A DNA stretch of 61,790 bases, filler included, from Sanchytrium tribonematis (taxonomy: Eukaryota): NCBI GenBank assembly GCA_018985235.1. It is 9 parts of 9 records of this genome, joined end to end, with 100 filler letters (N's around TTAATTAATTAA, not from the genome) between each part and the next. Parts side by side here need not be neighbours in the genome. Positions count along the whole stretch, not along the records: positions 32,271 to 36,763 come from JADGIG010000717.1; positions 36,864 to 61,790 come from JADGIG010000070.1; 7 more parts are not named here. The stretch is one strand, 5' to 3'. Below the pieces are notes generated by a model. The model had not been told where the DNA came from. It did not search any database and worked only from the letters and a program-made list of their open reading frames with translations. The translations under genes and the position numbers were made by a program. Of this stretch, positions 33,168-43,483 are shown piece by piece (the first letter of the stretch is position 1; the number at the start of each line of letters is the position of its first letter).

Positions 33168-35447
33168 ATGACTCTTTGTGATGTCACTTTTTCTCTTTCT
33201 AATCAATTAAATCAATTGTATACCATATCCACAAGATCTCAATTTGTTGACATGCTAGAGGCTTACCTTTCTGTTGGTTCTTTACAGTTGACTGACACAA
33301 CTCATCGAATTCTAACTCCAAGCGAGTGGCAAATTATCGAATTTCCAATTATGATTTCGGAAATGCCCTGTGACGTAAAGCTTATATTAAAATTTAAAAA
33401 TGTGATGCAAGAAATTTCCGTTTTCAATGAAAATAAGCTTTTGCGAAACGGACACCACTCCATCAATTTTGGAGACAAGACTTTTCCGAAATTGCAAATA
33501 TTAGAAAGCAAACTTCGACAGTATGAAAGGGGCGAAATAGAACGGGACTCAAAGCTTGATGGAATAATAATCCAAAAAGTCCAAGATGAAATGGACAGTT
33601 TCTATTTGAAGGACAATTTCGTATGCATTCAATTCCCATTATTCAAATTTCCGGTCATATATAACGAAGAATTTGTGGAGAATAAGTCTCAATATTTTTC
33701 AAAATACTATGACCCTGAGATATATTTGGACAATATAATTGAGGAAAAGCATCGTAGATTAGCAAGAGGGACCAGAAGTGGCTTCGTAGATAAATCTTTA
33801 AAGCCTAATTCTAATACTAGAGATGAAATTGCAAGAATTATTCAACTACCTAGCACTAAACAATTAAATAGCGACGAACGTGATCTGATTTGGACTTTTC
33901 GCTATTACCTGCTCAAAAATAGAGCAGCTTGTTCAAAATTTATAAAAAGTGTGTATTGGAATGACGCATTTGAAAGCAAGCAGGCAATGGAGTTGCTTTC
34001 CCAATGGGAAGAAATATTGATAGCAGATGCGCTTGAATTATTAGGTTCTGATTTCGAAGATATATTTATTAGAAAATTTGCAATCGATCGTTTAGAAAAG
34101 GCAAACGACACAGACCTTTCGATGTACCTAATTCAACTAATACAAGCAATCAAATATGAACATTTCAAGCAAGGCTCGTCTCGACAATCAGCTGTAGAAA
34201 TAGTCAATTTCTTAAATAGTTCTGTTGACACGGATGAAATTTTGTATTCGTCTCCGCTTGTAAGATTTCTCACAGACAAATGCTGTTCAAATGAGGAACT
34301 GGTTTATAAATACTACTGGTACATTAAATGCGAAGAAAGCGATTCTAAATATGGATTGTTGTTTCAGCAGTTGGAACAATTTGTATTCAAAAACATTTCA
34401 AATCAAGACATAAAGGACACTATTAGAAGACAAAGAGATATTGTCAAATATTTGTGCAGTATATCAAGCAGTCTTAAATTATCAAAAGAGCAAAGACTTC
34501 GCAAAATAGAGTGGCTTCAAGAAGCTTTAGCAGATCCCAAAAACGGTCTAAATGTATTTCCGAGTATGAAATTTCTATTAGATTCTGAAGTCGTTGTAAC
34601 TGGAATTGTTCCTGATAAAGCCTCACTTTTTAAAAGTCAATTAATGCCCTTAAAGCTTACATTCACATGTGATGATGGTGGAGTTTATCCATGTATTTTT
34701 AAGATGGGTGACGACATGAGGCAGGATCAGTTAGCCCTTCAATTAATTCGTTTGATGGATAATTTATTGATTCAGGACAACTTGGATTTGAAGATTCTCA
34801 CTTATAATGTACTTGCCGTATCTGAAAAAGTGGGATTGGCAGAATTTATCGAGTCTAAACCACTCTCAGAGATTTTGGATAAGAACAACGGCCTTCTTGC
34901 ACCGTATTTATTACCTCCAAATTGTAAAGAGCTGCCTGCTCAAACGATGGATACTTTTTTAAGAAGTTCTGCTGGTTATTGTGTAATGACATTTATCTTG
35001 GGTGTCGGTGATCGTCATTTGGATAATTTGTTACTTACCAAAGAAGGCAGATTATTTCATGTCGATTATGCTTATATACTTGGATTAGACCCAAAGCCAT
35101 TTCCTCCAAGCATGAAAATTTGTAGAGAAATGCTGGATTTAATGGGCGGTATTAATGCACCCAATTATGTGAAATTTAAGCAATATTGCTTTACTGCTTA
35201 CAACATTTTGAGAAACCATTCAAATTTGATTATTCATTTATTTTCTTTGATGAAAGATGCTAATCTTCCTTCTATTCAAATTGATCCTGATCAAAGCATA
35301 ATAAAGATACAAGAAAAATTTAGAATGGATTTAAATGAAAAAGAGGCGACCGAGTATTTTGATCAACTGATAACAGAATCGGCAACTGCACTGGCTCCTC
35401 AAGTGATTGAAAGTATTCACAGATTTGCACAATATTGGCGTCGCTGA
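33168..35447 (+). CDS. VPS34: Class III phosphatidylinositol 3-kinase
   Basis: DPEI..N.IEEKHRRLAR, IWTFRYYL, FKMGDDMRQDQL, GVGDRHLDN, DPKPFPP and C-terminal HRFAQYWR. Confidence 0.96.
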   Translation: MTLCDVTFSLSNQLNQLYTISTRSQFVDMLEAYLSVGSLQLTDTTHRILTPSEWQIIEFPIMISEMPCDVKLILKFKNVMQEISVFNENKLLRNGHHSINFGDKTFPKLQILESKLRQYERGEIERDSKLDGIIIQKVQDEMDSFYLKDNFVCIQFPLFKFPVIYNEEFVENKSQYFSKYYDPEIYLDNIIEEKHRRLARGTRSGFVDKSLKPNSNTRDEIARIIQLPSTKQLNSDERDLIWTFRYYLLKNRAACSKFIKSVYWNDAFESKQAMELLSQWEEILIADALELLGSDFEDIFIRKFAIDRLEKANDTDLSMYLIQLIQAIKYEHFKQGSSRQSAVEIVNFLNSSVDTDEILYSSPLVRFLTDKCCSNEELVYKYYWYIKCEESDSKYGLLFQQLEQFVFKNISNQDIKDTIRRQRDIVKYLCSISSSLKLSKEQRLRKIEWLQEALADPKNGLNVFPSMKFLLDSEVVVTGIVPDKASLFKSQLMPLKLTFTCDDGGVYPCIFKMGDDMRQDQLALQLIRLMDNLLIQDNLDLKILTYNVLAVSEKVGLAEFIESKPLSEILDKNNGLLAPYLLPPNCKELPAQTMDTFLRSSAGYCVMTFILGVGDRHLDNLLLTKEGRLFHVDYAYILGLDPKPFPPSMKICREMLDLMGGINAPNYVKFKQYCFTAYNILRNHSNLIIHLFSLMKDANLPSIQIDPDQSIIKIQEKFRMDLNEKEATEYFDQLITESATALAPQVIESIHRFAQYWRR

Positions 35448-35500
35448 AATAAATTTTTACGATTCTTAAAAAAATCGGGGAGAACAATTGTAACAAGAAA

Positions 35501-36763
35501 ATGCCATCACAAAGAGACGCACAAACACTTTTATTGCCTGGTGACAGATTTTCTGGTCTTGATGTTAGAGCACAGAATGTTACTGCTGCACAATCATTAG
35601 CAAACATTGTGAAAACAAGTTTGGGACCAATGGGCCTTGACAAAATGATGGTAGATGATATTGGAAATGTAACAATTACCAATGATGGCGCTTCCATCTT
35701 ACAATTGCTAGAAGTTAAACACCCAGCTGCTCAGGTTCTAGTTGATTTGGCACAACAGCAAGATGAACAAGTAGGAGATGGTACAACTTCAGTGGTGATC
35801 ATTGCTGCTGAATTGCTAAAGAAAGCCCAAGATCTTGTGATTAGTGGACTTCATCCTACTACAATCATGACTGGTTATAGAATAGCATGTAAAGAAGCGG
35901 TGCGATTTATCAAAGACCACATGACGATATCAACGACACAATTGTCTAAGGAAGATTTGCTGGCCATTGCCAAGACGTCTATGGCGTCTAAGATCTTGAA
36001 TATTCATTCAAAACGGTTTTCAGAGATGGTTGTAAACGCAATGTTAGCCGTTGAAATTTCTGTTAACGGTAAGCCTAAATTCCCTGTCGCAAGTGTAAAT
36101 GTTCTTAAAAGTCATGGTAAAAGTGCCTTGGAATCGCAATATATCAATGGATATGCCTTGAATTGCACTATCGCTTCTCCGAACATGCCGAGATCAATCA
36201 AGAATCCAAAAATCATGTGCTTAGATATGAATTTGCAAAAGGCAAGAATGCAAATGAACGTGCAGATTGTTGTAGATGATCCATCACAAATTGAATCTAT
36301 TAGACAGAGAGAGTTGGATATCACAAGTGAGAGAATCAGCAAAATGATCAAGTCCGGTGCAAATGTTGTTCTGACCACAAAAGGAATTGACGATATGTGT
36401 CTGAATTACTTCAGCGATGCAGGAGTAATGGCCGTGAGACGAGTTGCAAAGGAAGATCTTAAAAGAATTGCCAAAGCATGCAATTGTCAAATTCTAAATA
36501 CTCTAAGTGATCTGGAAGGAAATGAGATAGTGGATCCAAGTTGCTTAGGTACTTCCAAATCGATTCAACAAATTCGTATTGGTGATGACGAGTGCTTGGT
36601 TATTGAGGAGCCTGTTAACAAAGCTGCCTCAATAATTCTTAGAGGAGCTAATGATTTCATGTTGGAAGAAATGGAAAGATCTTTGCATGATGCTTTGTGT
36701 GCCGTGAAAAGAGCAATGGAATCTAGCAGTGTTGTAGCCGGTGGTGGTTGTGTTGAAGGTGGT
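35501..36763 (+). CDS. TCP1: T-complex protein 1 subunit alpha (truncated)
   Basis: ANIVKTSLGPMGLDKMMVDDIG, GDGTTSV, LKSHGKS and GYALNCT. Confidence 0.96.
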
Positions 36764-36953
36764 NNNNNNNNNNNNNNNNNNNNNNNNNNNNNNNNNNNNN
36801 NNNNNNNTTAATTAATTAANNNNNNNNNNNNNNNNNNNNNNNNNNNNNNNNNNNNNNNNNNNNTTTACCTCTTTGTTGAATATTGATTCTGAATGGGTTT
36901 TAATTTCCTCATCGCTCTCGCTAGAAAACATGGAGAAAATTGAAATAATCAAT

Positions 36954-38691
36954 TTATTTTCTCAAGACAGATTTGGCAGAATATGTCTGCAATTCACTGC
37001 CAGGAACAAACGTAAATCCTACAAATTGTTTTTGCACTGATTCTGATAGCCTAGCTTCTTCAAAAGAGTCTTTAGGCATTTCGTTAGTGAAAACTTCATC
37101 AAAATTACTTGTGTCACCTGCTGCTGCCACTCTGGGTTTGAATGGTGGGACAATTTGCTTTTTGTAGAGCTTTTCAAAATCAATTTCCTGAAAAAAAGCA
37201 TGTCCTTTAATTTGGGATTCGTTAAATCTCTTAGCTGGATCCTTTTCAATTATACCTGATAAAATATTTACCGCTAATGGTGACATATAACCAGGAAATA
37301 CGACCTGATCCGTCATAATTCTTTTGTACATAACCTGTATGTTTTCATCATAGAATGGGGGAAGTCCAGTAATCATCTCGAATAACAAAATTCCGAGTGT
37401 CCACCAATCTATCGATTTTGTATAGCCCTGGCCGTGGAGAACTTCAGGGGCCAGATATTCTGGTGTTCCACAGAAAGTGGACGTTTTATCTTCTGTATTT
37501 GTATTAATTTTGCATAATCCAAAATCACATAATGCAATATGACCTACACCATCAAGTAAAATATTTTCAGGCTTAAGATCTCGATCTAAATAAATATTGT
37601 TTACAAATTATATTGTATTTATGTAGACATTCCAGTGCCAGCACCAGCTCTGCAGCATAAAATTTTGAACGCACCTCGCCAAATCGACCCTCGTTTTGAA
37701 GATGGTGGAATAATTCCCCACCATTAATAAAATCGAGGCAGAAGTACAGTTTCTCAGGGGTTTGAAATGAAAATTTGAGAGAAACAATAAAAGGATGGTT
37801 GATTTTTGCCAAAACCTGCCTCTCCGCCAAGGTATGTTCAACCTCGTCAGTCTCCACTATGTGGCTTTTCTTGATAATTTTCATAGCGTAAACACGGCCA
37901 GTATCTTTTTTTCGAACCTGCATAACTTTCCCAAATGATCCTTTCCCAATGACTTTCATCAATTCAAAATCTTCCATTGTGATTGCTTTACCAGCAGGTC
38001 GAGCAAGGCTTAATTGCAAATGGATTTGACCAGGTGTTTTTCCTACGGGAAGAGGAACTGGTGGATGAACAGTGAGCCATATGTCTACTAGTTTTTCGTA
38101 AACAGTTGGAATTGGAATAATAACAGATCCTAAAAGTACGTCTTGTTGCTCCAATGTATTTTCAGTGACTTTAATAGACTTTTTCCTATCCCTGGCTCTA
38201 CCAGCTTGTTCTTCTAGCGCCTGTACTTGTCTTCTATCTTCTTCCTCGTCAACTGTCTTTTGATAGACATTCAAAATTAGTTCAGCTTCTCTTGTGAAAT
38301 CAAATGAAACCTTTGCTTTCCAGGTTGGAGTATCCATTTTACCACTACTGGAGAACATGGTTATTTCATTTTTGTCATACTGAATGACTACATAGGGATT
38401 ATAATAGATAAAATCCATATTTCCTTGTTTAAATTTTTTTTCTCTTTGATCTGTAGGGATTTTGTCTAATACACCTAACGGAATATAGAGATTTTTGGCT
38501 TCAATAACGCGACAAGAGAAAATACCAAGACTGTCGCTCTTATCTGTTTTATCTAGCTTTTCAGTTAAGTTGGTTTTTACGGGAGCTGGTGACACCTCCT
38601 CTTTCTTTTCAGAGGGAGATTTTGGAGATTTTACATCTTCAACATCAACACCAGAAGGTGTCTTTTTAAAAATTTTATTTAGTAGACCCAT
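36954..38691 (-). CDS. C2-domain AGC kinase (Ypk1/Gad8-like); complement(join(36954..37585,37605..38691))
   Basis: VIGKGSFGKVMQVRKKDT. A 19-nt intron splits IIY|RDLKPEN. CDFGLCK, TFCGTPEYLAPE and hydrophobic motif FVGFTF follow. Confidence 0.94.
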
Positions 38692-38724
38692 ATAAATCTC
38701 AATTGTGGCTTACCTCCTCCTTTT

Positions 38725-39498
38725 TCAACTGTAAATGTCTGAACGTACATGATCCATAATAGACATGGCGCTGCGTACTTCATTCAAATAATCCAAGTCA
38801 ATATCAGCAACTAACAGTTCCGGCTTGTTTGATCCCCTAGCCAAAATCTTTCCAAAAGGGTCAATAATTAGACTATTTCCAAATGATTCTCGCGTCACAT
38901 GTTTACCCACTTGAGCAGCTGCAATAACAAAGCATTGAGTCTCAATAGCTCTTGCAATCAGTAGAGGCTCAAAATGAACTCCAGTTTTCATGGTAAAAGC
39001 ACTTGGGAAACTCAAGCATTGTGCACCCATTTCCCTCAGCTTCATGCAAAATTTGGGGAAACGTATATCGTAGCATATTCCTAGACCTAAGTATCCAACA
39101 GGAGTATCTGCTAATTTGATATGGTCACCAGCTTCGAATCTATCGCTTTCTTTTAATAGTTCAAATAAGTGAATTTTATCATATTGTTCTATCAAATTGC
39201 CTTTATGATCCAAAATGATTTGCCTGTTCCTATATTTGGTATTGTTTGAAGACAAGGCGTGTATTCCGATGCTCATCCACATAGAAAAATTTTTCGACAA
39301 ATTTTTCAATTCTGAATTGATATCATTATATTCTCCCTCCATAAAATCACTGCATTCAGGAAAGAAAATCATTTTGCAGTCTTTGCTTCGAGCCTCTTTT
39401 ACCATCTTTGTAATAAGTTGGAGGTTCTCTGTAGTATTGGGACCAGAGCAGATCTGAGCAACAGCTATTTTTACTCGTTGCATGGAGAAATTTGACAT
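38725..39498 (-). CDS. Nitrilase-family amidase (Nit1-like deaminated glutathione amidase)
   Basis: FFPEC, YDKIHLF and ICYDIRFP (E-K-C triad); ARAIETQC. Confidence 0.9.
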   Translation of the reverse strand: MSNFSMQRVKIAVAQICSGPNTTENLQLITKMVKEARSKDCKMIFFPECSDFMEGEYNDINSELKNLSKNFSMWMSIGIHALSSNNTKYRNRQIILDHKGNLIEQYDKIHLFELLKESDRFEAGDHIKLADTPVGYLGLGICYDIRFPKFCMKLREMGAQCLSFPSAFTMKTGVHFEPLLIARAIETQCFVIAAAQVGKHVTRESFGNSLIIDPFGKILARGSNKPELLVADIDLDYLNEVRSAMSIMDHVRSDIYS

Positions 39499-39516
39499 TA
39501 GAATTGCAAAATTTAT

Positions 39517-39932
39517 TCAATGTTTAACACGAGTCAAAATGTCCCATTTGGCTGAATCATTATAGTGCTCAAATGATAGCAACTTCATGTTATCGTCGTA
39601 AGTGAATAAATGCAATTGAAAGTCAACAATTTTGTTTCCTGTTGGCTTATGTGTCATTTCTGAATCAATCAATGCAGCCACCTGGTTTCCACCTTCCATC
39701 AAATTCTTGACTTCAAAGCGATGGAAATCGAAATTTTCCGCCAACATTGTAAAAAACTCTGCGCATTCAGCCTTTCCAAATCGAGGCTTATACACTTCAA
39801 TTTTTCGCTTGGGACTATCAGGCAAACTATCGTCCCATTTAATTATTTCGTGCATATGAGACACCATTCCTGTCACATCGCGCTCAGCAAACATTTGATA
39901 GATTTGGCCTGTCAACTCTGCAAATTTCCCAT
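39517..39932 (-). CDS. SnoaL/NTF2-like (ketosteroid isomerase-like) protein; start unresolved
   Basis: IYQMFAERDV...W...G..ECAEFF...EGGNQVAAL...TG...HLFTYD...FEHYND pattern of SnoaL-like proteins. Confidence 0.75.
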
Positions 39933-40106
39933 ACAAGGGGAAAGGGACAGCATCCACTAACCGTATTAAGGAGCATCATATGATATCCCATAGACTAAAT
40001 TAAAAATTCAATTCTAAATAATAGAAGCACCTTAAAACCTCTTTATTACCCCATTTTCTGTTTAACCGTAGATACGACAACCCGATTCATCACAGATTGT
40101 GAAACG

Positions 40107-41864
40107 ATGACACAATCAAGGATAAATGAAAAGCTCCAACAAGATTTAAGAAACCTGATGCTCAAGTATTCCAAATTAGAGTCTAACGAAAAAACAGGAA
40201 CTGAACAGAATTATGACTCGAATGCTGTAGAATTTAACTTGTCTAGTACAATTAATTCTTCGTTTTTAGATTCAAGTAGCACTATAAGGCTTGATGAACA
40301 ATTTGAATTTTATGGGCTGGAAGTACATATGGAGGTATTGGTTGCATATCTAGACGCCTTCCATCGAATTGAAATCGATAATGGTTGTTTTTTTGATGAG
40401 CATAAATTGAAACACTACGATTTCAAATATCGCATCGATTTTTTGAAGTTTTCTCATCATTGTCCTGCCTTGTCAGAATATTATATAAATGGACAGCATA
40501 AGGAAATGGAACTTATATTCAATTTGGCAAGTTCCAAATTTGTAAAAGATGAGGAATTTCTCTTTGAAAATTTGAAATGCAATGTCACTTTTTTTAATAT
40601 GGCAATATCTGTGCCAATTTTTCGCTCAATAGAGTATCAAGAAAGTTTGAAAATGTGCAGGCTACACGGCAGAGTAGTGAGATTATTGCCTTTAACGAAA
40701 TTGCCATACAAGAGATTATACAGTTGTAAAAGTGACTCCTGTAGAAACAGAACGATGATTACCTTGAGACCTCAAATCTCTAAATCAAAGCTGATTATCA
40801 GGCAAGAATTTAATTGCTTTGAACAATTTATGGTAAGCACAGTATCAGAAATGAAATGTATTTCTTGTGTGGCGAAACTCGAAGAAAGCATTAGCGAAAG
40901 ATGGTATACAAACAGACAAGCAGCTCTGGTCTCTGTTAATGCTGGATTATATTTACAAAATGCGTTAGTATATTTCGACGACGATCAGTTTAATTCAATC
41001 AATTTGCTAGATAATCTTATCATGTATGGTTTCGTTGAAAAAACAAATATCGAAGGTGCAGCATTTGGAAAGAAAAAGAAGTATCTAGGAATATCACACA
41101 GATATGCCTTGAAAATATGCGCCATTGAGAAGTGCAATAAGGTGCCAAAAAATTTATTTCCTTTCATTCACGCCAATTACGGAAAATTGTTGAAGATCAT
41201 ACTCAGTTGTTGTACAGCGTATCCTTTGGTCAACAATAAGAGCCTCCTTGTCCGTTTTACATGCAAATCCGAAGAGCAGTATCATCTACGCTTTTTTTTA
41301 AGAAATATGGCGACATTTGACGAGAGAAACTACTCCAAAGTTCAATTGGAAGAATTTGTACAATATCAGGGTTCAAATGTAGTGTTTTTTAATCCTACTA
41401 AAAAGTGGAGCTTCAACCTGATGGATCAACTTTCTTGCAGTAATATTCAAATGTGTATTATTTGGATAGACATTGACTGCGTTTGCAAAGAATATGATTT
41501 GGACTTGTTGAGGTTAAAATCTATATATTTTCCTTTAAAAATCGAAAATTTGGATGACTGTGATTTTATTTTTCCTGATTTAATGATTCAACATGATACG
41601 GATGCGGACATTTGCGAAGAGACAAGTTTTGAGTTTACGTTAAATGATAATCTTACTTTGGAGTTCTCAAAAGCTTTAGCGACCGTCTTAGATTGCAACT
41701 TAAATGACTATGTCGTTGCAAATATTCACTATCTAATGAATGTTGCAAAAAACCAACCAATTGACATGTTGAAGTGCTCCCTTTGTGAGCATTATTACGG
41801 AGAGCCTTACTGCAATCCCGAGCAGCATAGATCTTCTTTGAGGGAATATTTTCAAATAACTTAA
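40107..41864 (+). CDS. MCM N-terminal OB/Zn-domain protein without recognisable Walker motifs (MCMDC2-like)
   Basis: GRVVRL...YSC...C...CISC..KLEE..SER...RQ...VYF.DD...G matches the MCM OB/Zn region; no Walker A seen. Confidence 0.55.
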   Translation: MTQSRINEKLQQDLRNLMLKYSKLESNEKTGTEQNYDSNAVEFNLSSTINSSFLDSSSTIRLDEQFEFYGLEVHMEVLVAYLDAFHRIEIDNGCFFDEHKLKHYDFKYRIDFLKFSHHCPALSEYYINGQHKEMELIFNLASSKFVKDEEFLFENLKCNVTFFNMAISVPIFRSIEYQESLKMCRLHGRVVRLLPLTKLPYKRLYSCKSDSCRNRTMITLRPQISKSKLIIRQEFNCFEQFMVSTVSEMKCISCVAKLEESISERWYTNRQAALVSVNAGLYLQNALVYFDDDQFNSINLLDNLIMYGFVEKTNIEGAAFGKKKKYLGISHRYALKICAIEKCNKVPKNLFPFIHANYGKLLKIILSCCTAYPLVNNKSLLVRFTCKSEEQYHLRFFLRNMATFDERNYSKVQLEEFVQYQGSNVVFFNPTKKWSFNLMDQLSCSNIQMCIIWIDIDCVCKEYDLDLLRLKSIYFPLKIENLDDCDFIFPDLMIQHDTDADICEETSFEFTLNDNLTLEFSKALATVLDCNLNDYVVANIHYLMNVAKNQPIDMLKCSLCEHYYGEPYCNPEQHRSSLREYFQIT

Positions 41865-41873
41865 TAAATCTCC

Positions 41874-42734
41874 ATGTTTACTGTACTTTTGAGAGGGCAA
41901 TTGATTTCAATTTTGCTGACTCTCTGCTCTACTACATCACAATTTTTAGGTCCATATAAAATACCCACTTTCCAGTTATTTATAACCTATTTAGTCTTAT
42001 GTATTTATGTTATTTACTATAAAAGTATTCCAAGGCATTGGACATACTCATTAATTGCGTTCTTTGATGTGATGGCAAATTATTGTCTAATCAAGGCTTA
42101 CCAATATACAGATCTTTTGAGCATATCACTATTGAATAGACTGAGCATTCCAATAGTCATGATTCTTTCAAAATATTTTCTTAAAACAAGATACACAAGC
42201 AGAAATTATATTGGCATGCTAATATGTGTATCTGGATCCTTGCTAGTTGTTTATAGCGACTATCAAAAAAAGTCTGGAACAGGAAGTTGGATTGGTGATG
42301 TTTTGTGCGTTGTTGGTGCTTGCCTGTATGCTTTAGCCAACACTTTGCAGGAATATCTAGTAAAAGAATCGACTATTCCAAATTATTTGACAAGTATTGG
42401 AGGATATGGTGTTGTCTTTGCTGGAATTTTGCTAGGTATAGAATATAAAGAAATGGCACATTTTAAAATAGATCAAATCGGTGTTATATATATGTTAGTT
42501 TTCGTAACAAGCATGTTTTTCTTGTACTCTTGTGTGCCTAGATTTATTATGAATTCTAGCGCAACCTTATTTAACTTATCAATATTGACTTCCGACATCT
42601 ACAATTTGCTTGTGAGTGTTTTTATATTTGGAATTGAGCTTACATGGCTCTATGCTGTAGCATTTGCTATAATTTTGATTGGTATCTATTTGTTCCACTC
42701 AAGTGGTAAAGATTCTGAAGTCAACATTGTCTAA
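41874..42734 (+). CDS. SLC35F-family (DMT/EamA) transporter
   Basis: GQLIS, DVMANY.LIKAYQYT, GD...GACLYALAN.LQE and SATLFNLSILTSD. Confidence 0.9.
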   Translation: MFTVLLRGQLISILLTLCSTTSQFLGPYKIPTFQLFITYLVLCIYVIYYKSIPRHWTYSLIAFFDVMANYCLIKAYQYTDLLSISLLNRLSIPIVMILSKYFLKTRYTSRNYIGMLICVSGSLLVVYSDYQKKSGTGSWIGDVLCVVGACLYALANTLQEYLVKESTIPNYLTSIGGYGVVFAGILLGIEYKEMAHFKIDQIGVIYMLVFVTSMFFLYSCVPRFIMNSSATLFNLSILTSDIYNLLVSVFIFGIELTWLYAVAFAIILIGIYLFHSSGKDSEVNIV

Positions 42735-42782
42735 TGTAGAATTATTTTGAACTTGTAAATTCATCTGTAGATGAAAAATAAA

Positions 42783-43349
42783 TTATTTATTAAGATTAAG
42801 CTGGGAAATCTTGACAGGCAATGTGATTGCACTTTCAAAATCAACAGACTTAAGACCTAATGTATATGCTAAATTCCCACGAATATATTTAACAGTTACT
42901 CTTTCAATATTTGGATATTGTTTGTTTTGCAGTATATTCCTTCTAACTGCATTCAATAAATTCTCATCAAGAAGCTTGTGATCTGCATTTGGATCTGTAC
43001 TCAAAGAAGAATCGTAAGCTTTACACATGCCAAGACATTGTTCCCACAATTGTTTGACTAATTTTTGCTGAGGAACATCCATTCTTGCCAAACGATCTTC
43101 AACATCATGAAAGATCAAATCTATTGTGTTTTTAGTCAAAGGCTGATTCGATTGCAGCGGATGTAAAAACATCCATAAATGAAGAATCTGTGATGAAAAC
43201 CATAATTGAAAGGAATCTGGTAATTTCGTTTGAGATGATATAAAATGTTCAAATTCGGTAACGGGGGCCTTTAAACTATGCTGAATTTGTAAACCTACTC
43301 TATTGTAATAATTCTGCTTTGTGTTAAATAACTGTAGAAAGCGATTCAT
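42783..43349 (-). CDS. CBP3: Cytochrome b chaperone Cbp3/UQCC1
   Basis: LPDSFQLWF...LHLWM, DVEDRL, AYD and AVRRNI. Confidence 0.8.
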   Translation of the reverse strand: MNRFLQLFNTKQNYYNRVGLQIQHSLKAPVTEFEHFISSQTKLPDSFQLWFSSQILHLWMFLHPLQSNQPLTKNTIDLIFHDVEDRLARMDVPQQKLVKQLWEQCLGMCKAYDSSLSTDPNADHKLLDENLLNAVRRNILQNKQYPNIERVTVKYIRGNLAYTLGLKSVDFESAITLPVKISQLNLNK

Positions 43350-43483
43350 TGTTTTCTCCGCAAATTCGAATTTTACTTAGAGGGCTGCAAGATATTATCA
43401 CAGATGTTTGTGAAAATGAAATCGGTGATATATTCTGGTGTACAAGACATTCTCACATTACTCAAGTATATTGTACGACAATA

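Noticed and set aside
40032..40050. 19-nt GT-AG candidate (GTAATAAAGAGGTTTTAAG, minus strand) upstream of the SnoaL gene
   Set aside because: Lacks the -6 A, and splicing it leads to a stop before the SnoaL frame.
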